From an uncultured Candidatus Saccharibacteria bacterium (GTDB taxonomy: Bacteria; Patescibacteriota; Minisyncoccia; UBA6257; 2-01-FULL-56-20), in NCBI GenBank assembly GCA_964360585.1, contig CAYHXC010000007.1, positions 3,867 through 67,866 on the forward strand: 64,000 nucleotides of DNA. The letters run 5' to 3'. The notes beneath the pieces are model-generated. The model did no database searches, had not been told where the DNA came from, and was given only the letters and a program-made list of their open reading frames with translations. Shown here piece by piece: positions 19,330 to 29,526 of this stretch. The translations under genes were made by a program, and so were the position numbers. Numbering within the stretch: the stretch's first letter is position 1; each line of letters opens with the position of its first letter.

Positions 19330-21828
19330 ATGAATAATACCAATTTTTTCGGTGGTCTTATAAATCAACAAAATCTGAAAAGGCTCGTTCTTTTCACCGC
19401 CCTTTTCGGCCTTTTTCTCGCCCTTGGCGCTAATTACGCGCGACACAATACCGGCACCGACTCACTCGTAAACGTGAGTTCCGCGGGGTGGGCGCCGCTC
19501 CTCAAGGGCTCCTATGACGCTCCTTCTACGCCTAATGCCAATGATGTTTTTGTCGAGGGAAACTACGAGTACGTTGTCACAGATAATAATACGAGTGGTG
19601 TTAATCCACCACATGAGTTCTATGTGATCGACGTTTCGAACCCGGGCGCTCCGTTCCGGGTTGGATCAGTTGAAATAGGCGGCGATGTGAGGAGCGTGGC
19701 GGTCAGCGGCAACTATGCCTATCTAGCTACCACTCTGGATACGCGGGAACTGGTCGTTATAAACATAAGTAGTAAATCGAACCCAACTATTGCTGGTTGG
19801 TACGATGCTGATCCCGGAGAGGGGCCAAATGGTCTGGCGGTCAGTGTTTCTGGGACGACCGTCTATCTGGGCACGATGAATAATGGCGGGGCTGGCGACA
19901 ACGAGTTTTATGTTTTAAACACCGCGAATCCATCAGCTATTACGCTCGTAGATGCTCTGGATGTTGATAATGACGTGAACGACATTAAGATCGCCCAAAA
20001 TTATGCCTATCTGGCTACCAGTCACAATACTAAGGAGTTGCTTCGCGTGAATATTCAAAATCCGGCCAACGTATTTGAGGCTGGCGCCTACGACACTCCT
20101 GGGGCCGCTGACGCGACTGGGGTAGATTACCGCTGGGGGCGGGTATTCTTGGGAACTGCTAATAATCAGTCCTCACCAGACTTTTTTGTCATCAATGCTT
20201 CCAGTTCAGCGCCGATGACGTTGGTTGGCTCGGTTGATTTGGGCAGTAATAATAACAAAGTGGTAGCCTATCGAGATAAGGTCTATATTGGCACCGACAC
20301 GGACACGCGAGGACTGACTATAGTGAACGTCGCCAATCCTCAAGCGCCGCAACAAGAGTACACGTATAAATCAGCAGGCAATGTTCTCGGGATATATGTA
20401 AAAGCCCCTTATACCTATCTGGCTACGGTGAGCAGTCCTGAAGTCGAAATTGTCGACACTGAGTTTTTGATGCGTCCGAATATTATTTTTATCTACACCG
20501 ATGATCAGCGCCAGGACACAGTTCAGTATATGCCAAAATTACAGAACCATCTGATCAATAACGGCATTACATTTACTAATTCTTTCGTGACAATTCCCGT
20601 TTGCTGTCCTTCGCGAGTCGGTACACTTACGGGAAGATACGCTCATAATACCGGTGTTATCAGCAATGTTTTTCCTGATGGGGGAGCCCGTAAGTTCGCG
20701 GGTCAGGATGGTTCGACTATCGCTACCTGGTTGCAGAGTGCTGGATATCGTACCGGTATATACGGTAAGTATTTGAACCAGTACGAAACGATGTGTCCTC
20801 CGGCTGGCTGTTATGTGCCTCCTGGCTGGGACGAGTGGCACGTCTTTCGAGAAGGGAGCGCTTACTATAACTACCACTTGACGAATAACACTGGCCCCAT
20901 AAGTTCGTACGAGTGGCATGGTAGTTCTTCTGCCGATTACGCTACTGATGTCATTACTATGAAGGCTTTGAATTTCATACAAACTTCAGATGGTAAGCCC
21001 TTCTACTTATCGGTAAACTACTTTGCTCCCCACGCCACGCCATTTACCCCACCGCTCGTAGCTCCTCGACACGCCGCAAGCCTTCCGAATTTCCAACCAA
21101 TTCACGGTCCCGCCTGGAACGAGGAAGATGTTTCTGATAAACCCTCTTTTTACGCTGATCGAGAGACTGCCGATGCGCCTTATGTACCACCATATACGCG
21201 TGGGGAGTGGTCCGATCTCTCTCAAAAAGCCGTAGCTCAATCACTTCAGGCGGTTGATGATGGGGTGGCAATTCTTCGATCGTATTTAAGCGCGATCGGG
21301 GAACTTGACGATACTGTTCTTGTCTACACCTCTGATAATGGCTTTATGGTTGGAGAGCATCGGCGTTTTGATGGCAAAGAATGTCCTCACGAAGAGTGTA
21401 TCCGAGTGCCCCTCATCATTAGCTACCCGCGGCTCATCGCTTCGCCCCGAGTCGAAAATCGGATGGCCTTGAATATTGATCTCGCTCCGACTTTTGCCGA
21501 CCTGGCTGGCATCACCCCCCCCTCTCCAGTTGACGGCTTGAGTTTAGAACCGATTCTTAAAAATCAGTCACCTTCATGGCGTACCGATTTTCTTATAGAG
21601 TTGTTGAGTCCTCTGGATTCTCAATGGGAGCCACCATTTACTGGAGTTCGCACCACCCAGTGGAAGTACATTCAGTCAACGAGCACCACCTCTTCAAGCA
21701 CGACCGAAGAAGCGCTCTATGATCTTCTGAACGATCCCTACGAGCTACAGAGTCAAGCCAGTAATCCGGCGTATGACTCGATCAAACAAACGCTCAAGGC
21801 TCGATTAGAAGTGCTCCGAGGGGAGTAG
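19330..21828 (+). CDS. LVIVD-repeat beta-propeller fused to a formylglycine-dependent sulfatase
   Basis: repeated YAYLAT...LVVINIS blades; C-terminal sulfatase signature CCPSR within PVCCPSRVGTLTGRY. Confidence 0.75.
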   Translation: MNNTNFFGGLINQQNLKRLVLFTALFGLFLALGANYARHNTGTDSLVNVSSAGWAPLLKGSYDAPSTPNANDVFVEGNYEYVVTDNNTSGVNPPHEFYVIDVSNPGAPFRVGSVEIGGDVRSVAVSGNYAYLATTLDTRELVVINISSKSNPTIAGWYDADPGEGPNGLAVSVSGTTVYLGTMNNGGAGDNEFYVLNTANPSAITLVDALDVDNDVNDIKIAQNYAYLATSHNTKELLRVNIQNPANVFEAGAYDTPGAADATGVDYRWGRVFLGTANNQSSPDFFVINASSSAPMTLVGSVDLGSNNNKVVAYRDKVYIGTDTDTRGLTIVNVANPQAPQQEYTYKSAGNVLGIYVKAPYTYLATVSSPEVEIVDTEFLMRPNIIFIYTDDQRQDTVQYMPKLQNHLINNGITFTNSFVTIPVCCPSRVGTLTGRYAHNTGVISNVFPDGGARKFAGQDGSTIATWLQSAGYRTGIYGKYLNQYETMCPPAGCYVPPGWDEWHVFREGSAYYNYHLTNNTGPISSYEWHGSSSADYATDVITMKALNFIQTSDGKPFYLSVNYFAPHATPFTPPLVAPRHAASLPNFQPIHGPAWNEEDVSDKPSFYADRETADAPYVPPYTRGEWSDLSQKAVAQSLQAVDDGVAILRSYLSAIGELDDTVLVYTSDNGFMVGEHRRFDGKECPHEECIRVPLIISYPRLIASPRVENRMALNIDLAPTFADLAGITPPSPVDGLSLEPILKNQSPSWRTDFLIELLSPLDSQWEPPFTGVRTTQWKYIQSTSTTSSSTTEEALYDLLNDPYELQSQASNPAYDSIKQTLKARLEVLRGE

Positions 21829-21921
21829 TAAGGAGGTTTTTTGAATCCGGGTATTTGTTATAAACCTTATCCACAGGAAAAAAAGAGTAATAATGGTATA
21901 TAATAAATATACGTAGCACAA

Positions 21922-22872
21922 ATGCACACGCATACCATCCAAAAGCTAAGTCTTTTTTTACCGGCTTCGATATTTTTTTTAGGAGTCTTTCTCATCGCCC
22001 GAACCGTTTTTGGAGCTGGATCAACTCAAGACCTTTCAAGTCTCGTAACCATTGGGAACTCTGCCCCAACGGTTTCGGCAGTCACCATTAATAGCGGTAA
22101 CGATATCGTCCTTACTCCCAACGCTACAACGACGGTGTATGTTAACTTTACGGTTCAGGATGCAAATGGTTGTAATGACGTTTTTTTAAATGGCACGGTA
22201 ACGTCAACTATTTTCCGAACTGGAGTCGGATCTGCTTGCTCGGCGAGCGACCGGAACTGTTACATTGTGAGTACATCGACTAATAGCTGTAGCGGAAACG
22301 CTTCTACCTCGCTTGCGACCACAACTTTCTACGTGTATTATTTTGCCGACTCCACGACCAACACGACGACTGCCAGCTCTAGCTTCCCTTCGGACCACTG
22401 GACTGGTTTTGCCTGGGCTAAGGATGCCTCTCTGGCCAGTTCTTCCGCGACTTCGACCGCCACCGTGGAGATGAGCGTACTCACTGCCTTGAATGTAACG
22501 ACTTCCTCCATTAACTATGGAACATTGTCAGCCGGTCAAGATACGGGAGCTACGAACCAATTCGCCACAACAACAAATGCCGGTAACTCGACCACTACGC
22601 TTCGACTGCATGCAGTAGCAACACTAACTGCGGGAGCTAATTCCATTACAACGAGTTCACAAGCATTTTCAACGTCTAGTTTCACGTATGCGGGCACAAG
22701 CACTGCCTTGACTGCCTCGGCTGTAACGGTCAGTGGTTTTCTCTTGACCATTCCGACCACCACAACGAACGTATCCCGAGCAACGTACTGGGGCTTAACA
22801 GTGCCTTTCGGGCAAGCCACTGGGAGCTACTCCGGCACGACTCGTTTCACGGCATTATATCAGGAGAATTAG
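21922..22872 (+). CDS. secreted Ser/Thr-rich protein, paralog of an internal segment of the giant protein
   Basis: shared segments (SINYGTLSAGQDTGATNQ vs SLNYGTQFAGQNTGSTNQ) and a shared C-terminus (ATYWGLTVPFGQATGSYSGTTRFTALY vs NTYWGLNVPTGNVSGTYSGTVTFTAAY). Confidence 0.55.
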   Translation: MHTHTIQKLSLFLPASIFFLGVFLIARTVFGAGSTQDLSSLVTIGNSAPTVSAVTINSGNDIVLTPNATTTVYVNFTVQDANGCNDVFLNGTVTSTIFRTGVGSACSASDRNCYIVSTSTNSCSGNASTSLATTTFYVYYFADSTTNTTTASSSFPSDHWTGFAWAKDASLASSSATSTATVEMSVLTALNVTTSSINYGTLSAGQDTGATNQFATTTNAGNSTTTLRLHAVATLTAGANSITTSSQAFSTSSFTYAGTSTALTASAVTVSGFLLTIPTTTTNVSRATYWGLTVPFGQATGSYSGTTRFTALYQEN

Positions 22873-22883
22873 CAGTGTATTGC

Positions 22884-23051
22884 CTAGAACCCATCTCAAA
22901 AATAGAATCACGCAGTCTTCCGGCTAGATTCGGCTATAAACCCACCCGACCCTCCTTGAAATACCATAGGGTATTCCTGTCTCGGGTCGGATGGTTCTCG
23001 CTCGAATCTATCACGGAATACCCCTGTGCCTATTTTTGAGATGGGTTCTAG
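22884..23051. mobile_element. MITE copy 2
   Basis: near-identical to 2118-2285. Confidence 0.8.
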
Positions 23052-23090
23052 GAAGAGTCGCTAAAAAATGCTATAATTTTCCCCAGAGTT

Positions 23091-24026
23091 ATGGACAGCT
23101 TTTATGATTTTTTGAAGAAAAGGGGCAAGATTCACACTGCTCTTTTTTCTTTCTTGGTGTGCGGCGCTTTACTTGTCCCCCAGGTTAGTTTTGGCGCGTT
23201 TGGAGCCTCGCCGCCGGTCTTAAACGCTACGCGATTGGTTCCTGGAATAAAATACCAACAGATTATTTATCTCGCGCGCGATAATGCCGAGAATGATTTG
23301 GTCATATCCGCCGACTTGGACGTTCCAGACACTATTAAGGAGTGGGTGCGTATTGAGCAGGGTAGTCAGTTCATTATCCCTCGCGATGTGCGGCAGTTCC
23401 CGATAACCGTCTTGATTGATGTCCCGAGTAGCGCCGGGCTCGGTATTTATAACGGCCGAGTAACTTTTTCCAGCGTTCCGAATAAAGAAGGCCAACAGGT
23501 GGCTATCTCTTTGGGCATAGAAATTCCTTTGAATCTCACGGTGGGTGATAATATCTCTCGAGAAGTTAAAGTCCGCTTGATTAAGTTGCTCGATATCGAA
23601 GAAGGTTGGGACCCCCGGGTATACGTTAAATTTGAGAATCTGGGGAATATCTCTGAAAAGTTCGATTCAGCAAACTATGAGCTTCTCGATAATTATGGCA
23701 ATGTTCGCCTTGCTTTTGCTCAAAAAACCGAAGACTTCCCAGAAACCCCGGCATTTTCTACCAACGAATATACAATTGACTTCCCCATGGATTTCCATTT
23801 GGGTGTAGGCCAGTATTGGGCAGTGGTTAATTTTTATCAGGAAGGTAAGGTGATCGGCAGTCAAAAAACTATTTTTAATGTTTTGAAGAGGGGATCGCTA
23901 TCCAGTCCGGCCGGACAGCTGTGGCAAGTATTGCGGCTTCAGGAGTTCTGGATGTTCTATCTCGGAGGGCTCGTTCTTATCATTCTCTACTTTTTACGCC
24001 GGAGGTTTTTTAGAAAATCTGTTTAA
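23091..24026 (+). CDS. hypothetical secreted protein with C-terminal transmembrane anchor
   Basis: signal peptide, C-terminal hydrophobic helix plus basic tail. Confidence 0.45.
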   Translation: MDSFYDFLKKRGKIHTALFSFLVCGALLVPQVSFGAFGASPPVLNATRLVPGIKYQQIIYLARDNAENDLVISADLDVPDTIKEWVRIEQGSQFIIPRDVRQFPITVLIDVPSSAGLGIYNGRVTFSSVPNKEGQQVAISLGIEIPLNLTVGDNISREVKVRLIKLLDIEEGWDPRVYVKFENLGNISEKFDSANYELLDNYGNVRLAFAQKTEDFPETPAFSTNEYTIDFPMDFHLGVGQYWAVVNFYQEGKVIGSQKTIFNVLKRGSLSSPAGQLWQVLRLQEFWMFYLGGLVLIILYFLRRRFFRKSV

Positions 24027-24029
24027 TGC

Positions 24030-25226
24030 ATGATCCCAATCAAAAAGCTTTTTACCGGAGTACTCCTTCTTGCTCAGACTCTCACTGCCTCGGCCGCTGA
24101 TATTTCGACCGTAGTAACAATCACTGTCACTCCTTCGCCGCCAAGCAGTCTCGGCGCTTCAGTGGTTTCCAGTAGTCAGATTACGTTGTCCTGGACGGAT
24201 AATTCGAACAATGAGGATGGGTTTTCTGTTGAACGGAAGACGGGGGTCGGTGGCACGTATGCGGAGATAGCTACGACCAGTCTTGGCGTGGCGACATATG
24301 CCGACAGTGGTCTTTCTGCGAGTACACTCTACTACTACCGTGTGGCGGCCTTTAGCGTAGACGGAAACTCTGCCTACAGTAACGAAGCCTCATCAACGAC
24401 GAGTAATGGGAGTAGTCCTCCACCAAATACTGGCGGAGGTGGCGGGGGAGGGGGGGGCGGGGGCGGAGGAGGTGGTAGTCCATCCGCACCGATTACCGCC
24501 GTAGTTTTTAAGGGGAGGGCCTACCCCTTGAGCCAAGTAAGCATCTTAAAAGATGGCCAACTGGCAGTGAGAACAATCGCTGGACCAGATAGTAAGTTCG
24601 CAGTTTCTTTGAGTAACTTATCGTCCGGAAACTACACATTTTCTGTCTACGGTGAAGATAGTAATGGTCTTCGTTCCAGCTTGTTCACGTTTCCAGTCTT
24701 CATCACCGCGGGGGTGACGACAGAAATAAGCGGGATATTTATCTCACCTACCATCACTGCGGATAAGAGTCAGGTGAAGCGGGGAGATACGATTACTATT
24801 TTTGGACAAAGCGCTCCATCCTCGTCCATTTCTATTACTATTAATTCTAAAAAAGAACTTATTGTCACGCGCCCCTCTGATGTTCAGGGTGTCTACCTGC
24901 TGAACTTGGATAGCGCGCAACTCGAACTGGGCCAGCATACCGCGCAATCGAAAGCTACTCTTGAAACTGAGGTTAGTCCCATATCCAAAACGCTGAGCTT
25001 CACTGTCGGTACAAAGAATGTAAAGGCGGAGCTCTCAAAGGGCTGTGGTCGGGCCGATCTGAACTGTGACGGTAACGTCAATCTAGTCGACTTTTCAATC
25101 GCTGCCTACTGGTACAATCGCGTCCTGGATACCAAATTTGCAGCCATTGAAGCGGAGCGATTAAATAACGATGGCAAGATTACGCTCATCGACTTTAGTA
25201 TTATGGCGTATTACTGGACCGGTTAA
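24030..25226 (+). CDS. secreted FN3-domain protein with poly-Gly linker and C-terminal dockerin-like duplicated repeat
   Basis: signal peptide; fibronectin type III (FN3)-like segment (LSWTDNSNNEDGFSVERK); DLNCDGNVNLVDF and LNNDGKITLIDF repeats match the dockerin motif. Confidence 0.6.
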   Translation: MIPIKKLFTGVLLLAQTLTASAADISTVVTITVTPSPPSSLGASVVSSSQITLSWTDNSNNEDGFSVERKTGVGGTYAEIATTSLGVATYADSGLSASTLYYYRVAAFSVDGNSAYSNEASSTTSNGSSPPPNTGGGGGGGGGGGGGGGSPSAPITAVVFKGRAYPLSQVSILKDGQLAVRTIAGPDSKFAVSLSNLSSGNYTFSVYGEDSNGLRSSLFTFPVFITAGVTTEISGIFISPTITADKSQVKRGDTITIFGQSAPSSSISITINSKKELIVTRPSDVQGVYLLNLDSAQLELGQHTAQSKATLETEVSPISKTLSFTVGTKNVKAELSKGCGRADLNCDGNVNLVDFSIAAYWYNRVLDTKFAAIEAERLNNDGKITLIDFSIMAYYWTG

Positions 25227-25228
25227 TC

Positions 25229-26092
25229 ATGGCAACTTTTAAAAAAATAGTGTCCGTTTTTCTTCTCGTCTTCTGGTTTGCACCTGCCGTTTCTTTGGCG
25301 GCCCGTCTTTACACCGCTACTGAGAAGTCCACGATTACGAGCAATAATCAATTTTTAGTTGATGTCTATGTAGATTCCGACCAGTCGGTTAATGCCCTCT
25401 CGGGGTATTTAGAGTTTTCTAAAGAAATTCTTCGCGTGGTAGACATCTTTGAAGGCGATTCAATCATCAACTTTTGGATTGAACGGCCACGCCAGGGAAC
25501 GCCCGGGGTGGTTAATTTTTCCGGCATCACTCCCGGAGGGTTTACCGGAACCAAACACAAGGTATTTTCTATCGTTTTTGAGGCGGCGTACCCTGGCCAG
25601 GCTGTAGTAAAGTTCTCCGATAGTACAGCGCTGGCGAATGATGGACTGGGTAGTCAACTGCCCACTGAAGTTGCGGCTCTGTCGTTATCTATTTTGCCAA
25701 GCGACGGCACTTCTATTCAGAAGATGATGCGTGACGAAAATCCTCCCGAACCATTTAAGGCTTCTATTGAAAGTGACCCGAATATATTCGAAGGACGGTA
25801 TTTCCTCGTATTTAGCACTGAGGATAAGGGTACTGGCATTTCTCACTATGAGATCAGGGAAGGTCTCCGGGGAACCTTTAAGCGTGCAGAGAGCCCGTAT
25901 CTCTTGGAGGATCAAAGCCTTACAAAAACAATTTCCCTGAAGGCCATCGATAAGGCCGGGAATGAACAGCTCATTGTTATCGAAAAAGGAGAAAGCGTTT
26001 CGAGTGTCTGGGAAGAGTATGGCTGGTTCGCTATAATGGCTTTAATAGTTATGGTGATGACCTTGCTTCTTTTTATCTTTAAGCGCCGATGA
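25229..26092 (+). CDS. cohesin-like domain protein with C-terminal transmembrane anchor
   Basis: cohesin-like pattern (FLVDVYVDS...LSGYLEFSKEILRVVDI..GD...NFSGITPGGFTG...VVKFSD...ANDG); C-terminal helix plus KRR. Confidence 0.5.
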   Translation: MATFKKIVSVFLLVFWFAPAVSLAARLYTATEKSTITSNNQFLVDVYVDSDQSVNALSGYLEFSKEILRVVDIFEGDSIINFWIERPRQGTPGVVNFSGITPGGFTGTKHKVFSIVFEAAYPGQAVVKFSDSTALANDGLGSQLPTEVAALSLSILPSDGTSIQKMMRDENPPEPFKASIESDPNIFEGRYFLVFSTEDKGTGISHYEIREGLRGTFKRAESPYLLEDQSLTKTISLKAIDKAGNEQLIVIEKGESVSSVWEEYGWFAIMALIVMVMTLLLFIFKRR

Positions 26093-27189
26093 ATAAGTTT
26101 TGGAAAATAGTTTTTGTTCTCCTTGTCCTCCTGGGCGCTCCTCGCGGAGCAGAGGCGGCTACGTTAGGAATGAATCCTCCGAGCGCCACGTTCGAAGTGG
26201 GCGATCGGGTGATTCTCCAGGTGCAAGTGGAAAGCGGTGTTCCAATAAATGCAGTTTCTGCTATCGTTTCGTTCCCACCGATATTTTCTATTGAATCGAT
26301 TTCTAAGTCAGACTCCATTCTCAACTTTTGGGTTTCCGAACCAAGCTTCTCGAAGAATGCGGGCACAGTTTCATTAGAAGGAGTAACGTTGGGTGGGTTC
26401 TCCGGAAAAATTGGAACAGTTCTCACGGTGCGAGCCAAAGTCGTGAAAGATGGCTCGGGTTCAATTGCATTTAAGTCCGGCCAAATTTTAGCGAATGACG
26501 GAGAAGGTACTGACATTATCTCCGGTTTCCGTACCTTCTCCTACGAGGTCAAGCCAAAAACCGGTGTTTCACCGCCTGTAGAAAAAACTGAAGAACTAGA
26601 GATTCAGCCAGAACGACCGCAAGAGCCGGCTACATTAACAGCGCCTGAGCTTATCGTGAGCCAATCGTTTGGACGTGAGGCAGTCATTGGGACTTCCCGT
26701 TATCCGCAGTCGCAAACGCTTGTGACTTTCCAATCGGCAGATGGCACAAAGATATTTCTCCAAGGGCGAACTGATGATCGGGGCGGTTTTCTCGTGTCCG
26801 TCCCCTCAGCCCTGAAGCGCGGAACCTACTCAGCTACTGCGCTGGTTATTACCCAGGAGCAACTCTACACAGCGCCATCAAATCGCGTAACAGTAATCGT
26901 TGGTAGCCCCTTCTCCGATCTGAGTCCTGAAAGTAGGCTTGTAGCTATTATTCTCCTTCTCGTCATTTTGTACTTAGGAGCAGTTCTCTTGGTATATATT
27001 CTCAAAGTTCGACGAGTAAGGGCTCGGATTCGAGAGGAGTCTCGGGAAGTGCAAGGCACTGTTCGTAAATCATTCAAATTATTAAATCAGGATATCGCTG
27101 ATGTTGCTTCGACTCGTGAAATAAAAAAAGATCTGAAGAACTCCGAAGAAACGATTCTTGAAGAAATTAAAGAAGTCGGAGACACATGA
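26089..27189 (+). CDS. cohesin-like domain protein with C-terminal transmembrane anchor (paralog)
   Basis: ATGA start/stop overlap with the upstream gene; same domain pattern as 25229-26092. Confidence 0.5.
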   Translation: MNKFWKIVFVLLVLLGAPRGAEAATLGMNPPSATFEVGDRVILQVQVESGVPINAVSAIVSFPPIFSIESISKSDSILNFWVSEPSFSKNAGTVSLEGVTLGGFSGKIGTVLTVRAKVVKDGSGSIAFKSGQILANDGEGTDIISGFRTFSYEVKPKTGVSPPVEKTEELEIQPERPQEPATLTAPELIVSQSFGREAVIGTSRYPQSQTLVTFQSADGTKIFLQGRTDDRGGFLVSVPSALKRGTYSATALVITQEQLYTAPSNRVTVIVGSPFSDLSPESRLVAIILLLVILYLGAVLLVYILKVRRVRARIREESREVQGTVRKSFKLLNQDIADVASTREIKKDLKNSEETILEEIKEVGDT

Positions 27190-28478
27190 GAAAAATTTTC
27201 GCTGGAGTAGCATTACTCTCCTGTGTCTCGCTCATCCTCGCGGTGAGCGTCCAGGCCCAAACCATTAGTTTACAGGCCTCCTCGTTAGTGCCAGAGGTTG
27301 CTTTGCTGGTATCGCCAGGAACCGGCAGTTTTGAAGACGGCGGCACGTTCACCATTTCCATTCTCGTCGACACAAAGGGAAAGAGTGTTAACAGTCTTGA
27401 GGTTGCTCTCAGTTTTGATCCGGATAAACTATCTATTGTTGGGCCGTCCGGAGGAAAATCCATTATTGGCGTCTGGGTTGAGCCTCCGATTTACGACAAC
27501 GCTACGGGTATTGCTCGTTACGCCGGGGTTATTCCCGGCGGTATTATTACGAGCTCCGGTCTTATAAACTCTATTACTTTCAAAACCAAGCGTCCCGGTC
27601 AAACTGCCATTGTTTTAAATGCCAGCTCGAAGGTGTATTTGAATGACGGTTTTGGCACGACCGCCCGAGTGAATGTTGGGCGGGGAACGTTCACTATTCT
27701 TCCCAAACCGTCGGCTGGTGTCGTGGTTTTTTCGGAAACACATCCGGTTCAAAGGAATTGGTATAACAATAACAACCCCATCCTCTCATGGGAGCGAGAG
27801 CCAGGTGCTACGGAGTATAGTTATGTCTTAGACAACCAGCCGGGAACTATTCCGGACAACACTCCGGAGACAGAGGGGGCAACGGTGCAATCTAAAGATC
27901 TGCAGGATGGCATCTGGTATTTCCATATAAAATCGAACAAAAACGGTCTTTGGGGACAGCCCGGTGTTTTTGTGATCCAGATCGATACGGCTCCGCCGGC
28001 TGAATTTCAACCAGCCATCGACTATCTTCTGGCCGCACTTAGCTTAGTGAATCGAGCCTTGGTTTCGTATTTCACCACGGACAACTTATCGGGAATAGAT
28101 CACTATGAAGTTGGCGTCATCGACAAGACCCAGCCAACGACTGTTTCTCCGGTCTTTGAAGAAGTGGCTAGTCCGTACCAAGTACCGTTAGAGGAAGGAG
28201 GAAATGCACGAGTTTTGGTTCGGGCTTTTGACCGGGCCGGCAATGTGCGGGAAGCAGGAGTAGATATTAAAACTCCATTTTTCATAAATAATTTTCTCGA
28301 GAAATACGGACTCCTTGTGCTCATTGGTCTCCTCTCTGCTATTATCGTGCTGATGTTATTGCATTACCTTATTACGCACCATCTGCTTCGCCATGCGAAG
28401 AAAGCGCTCAGGGCATTCGAGGAAGATGCAGCGGAAGACAACAATCCTTTGCCGCCAGTACTTCCACCACAACCGTAG
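27186..28478 (+). CDS. cohesin-like domain protein with C-terminal transmembrane anchor (paralog)
   Basis: ATGA start/stop overlap; same domain pattern plus extra C-terminal domains. Confidence 0.5.
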   Translation: MRKIFAGVALLSCVSLILAVSVQAQTISLQASSLVPEVALLVSPGTGSFEDGGTFTISILVDTKGKSVNSLEVALSFDPDKLSIVGPSGGKSIIGVWVEPPIYDNATGIARYAGVIPGGIITSSGLINSITFKTKRPGQTAIVLNASSKVYLNDGFGTTARVNVGRGTFTILPKPSAGVVVFSETHPVQRNWYNNNNPILSWEREPGATEYSYVLDNQPGTIPDNTPETEGATVQSKDLQDGIWYFHIKSNKNGLWGQPGVFVIQIDTAPPAEFQPAIDYLLAALSLVNRALVSYFTTDNLSGIDHYEVGVIDKTQPTTVSPVFEEVASPYQVPLEEGGNARVLVRAFDRAGNVREAGVDIKTPFFINNFLEKYGLLVLIGLLSAIIVLMLLHYLITHHLLRHAKKALRAFEEDAAEDNNPLPPVLPPQP

Positions 28479-28485
28479 TTTCTGC

Positions 28486-28653
28486 CTAGAACCCATCTCA
28501 AAAATAGAATCACGCAGTCTTCCGGCTAGATTCGGCTATAAACCCACCCGACCCTCCTTGAAATACCATAGGGTATTCCTGTCTCGGGTCGGATGGTTCT
28601 CGCTCGAATCTATCACGGAATACCCCTGTGCCTATTTTTAAGATGGGTTCTAG
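28486..28653. mobile_element. MITE copy 3; its terminal CTAG supplies the fmt stop codon
   Basis: near-identical to copy 1; the fmt stop (TAG, minus strand, 28650-28652) lies inside the element terminus. Confidence 0.8.
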
Positions 28654-29522
28654 GCAGTAGTCACTACTGGCTTGCCTGCAATCTGGAAAACTGTAATGTG
28701 AAGTTTCTGTCCTGCAATTTTTGCTCCCAGTATCTTGAGGCGATTATTGGCGGGTAAGGTGTAGGTATTCTCCTCAAGAGGTTTTTCGAGAATGGTCCAA
28801 GCTCCGGGTTCGTGTGAAAAAGCTAGGATTTTCCTAAGATTTTTTTGCGAGATTTCGAGATTGTTGCCGGCAAGCGCAATGCGGAGATCACCCTCGCTGA
28901 TTTCCGCATCGGCCGTCGTGAATTTTTTCGTCAGCGTCTTTTGAGTTTCGTCTTGAGGGGAAAGCTGTATGTTTCCTTCGAGATACTGCGGCATGGTTTT
29001 AAGAAAGATGTCGGCACCAAGTTTTGCTAGTTTTTCCTCCAGAGTTTGATAGTCGTCCTCGTCCGGCGAATAGTTTGAAAGAGCACTTGAAGCGAGAATC
29101 GGACCGTGATCAACTTTCTCGTCCATTTTATAGATTGTCACGCCAGCTGGTTCTCCCTGAAGAATAGTAGACTGAATGGGCGAAGCGCCCCGAAGACGAG
29201 GAAGAAGTGAGGGATGGATGCCAAATGTACCCTGTGGGGGCAGATCTAAGACCGCCTGCGGAATAATATGGGCGTAGGCCGCAACCAGGAAAAAATCTGC
29301 TTCGAGATTGGTGAGGATTTCAGGTGTGGGTCGTTCCGGTTGAAAGATGGGAATGGAATGGTCTTTCGCAATTTGTTTCGTGAGTGGTGGAGTCAACTCC
29401 TGTTTTCGGCCGGCTGGGCGATCTGGACTAGCCACGATTGCGAGCGGAAGTGTACCGGCGGCAATGAGTTTCTCAAGAATGATGGCGGCGAACTGCGGAC
29501 TGCCGAAAAAAACATACTTCAT
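28650..29522 (-). CDS. fmt: methionyl-tRNA formyltransferase
   Basis: MKYVFFGSPQFAA...SPDRPAGR N-terminus and overall Fmt fold-family sequence. Confidence 0.85.
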   Translation of the reverse strand: MKYVFFGSPQFAAIILEKLIAAGTLPLAIVASPDRPAGRKQELTPPLTKQIAKDHSIPIFQPERPTPEILTNLEADFFLVAAYAHIIPQAVLDLPPQGTFGIHPSLLPRLRGASPIQSTILQGEPAGVTIYKMDEKVDHGPILASSALSNYSPDEDDYQTLEEKLAKLGADIFLKTMPQYLEGNIQLSPQDETQKTLTKKFTTADAEISEGDLRIALAGNNLEISQKNLRKILAFSHEPGAWTILEKPLEENTYTLPANNRLKILGAKIAGQKLHITVFQIAGKPVVTTA

Positions 29523-29526
29523 AAAT

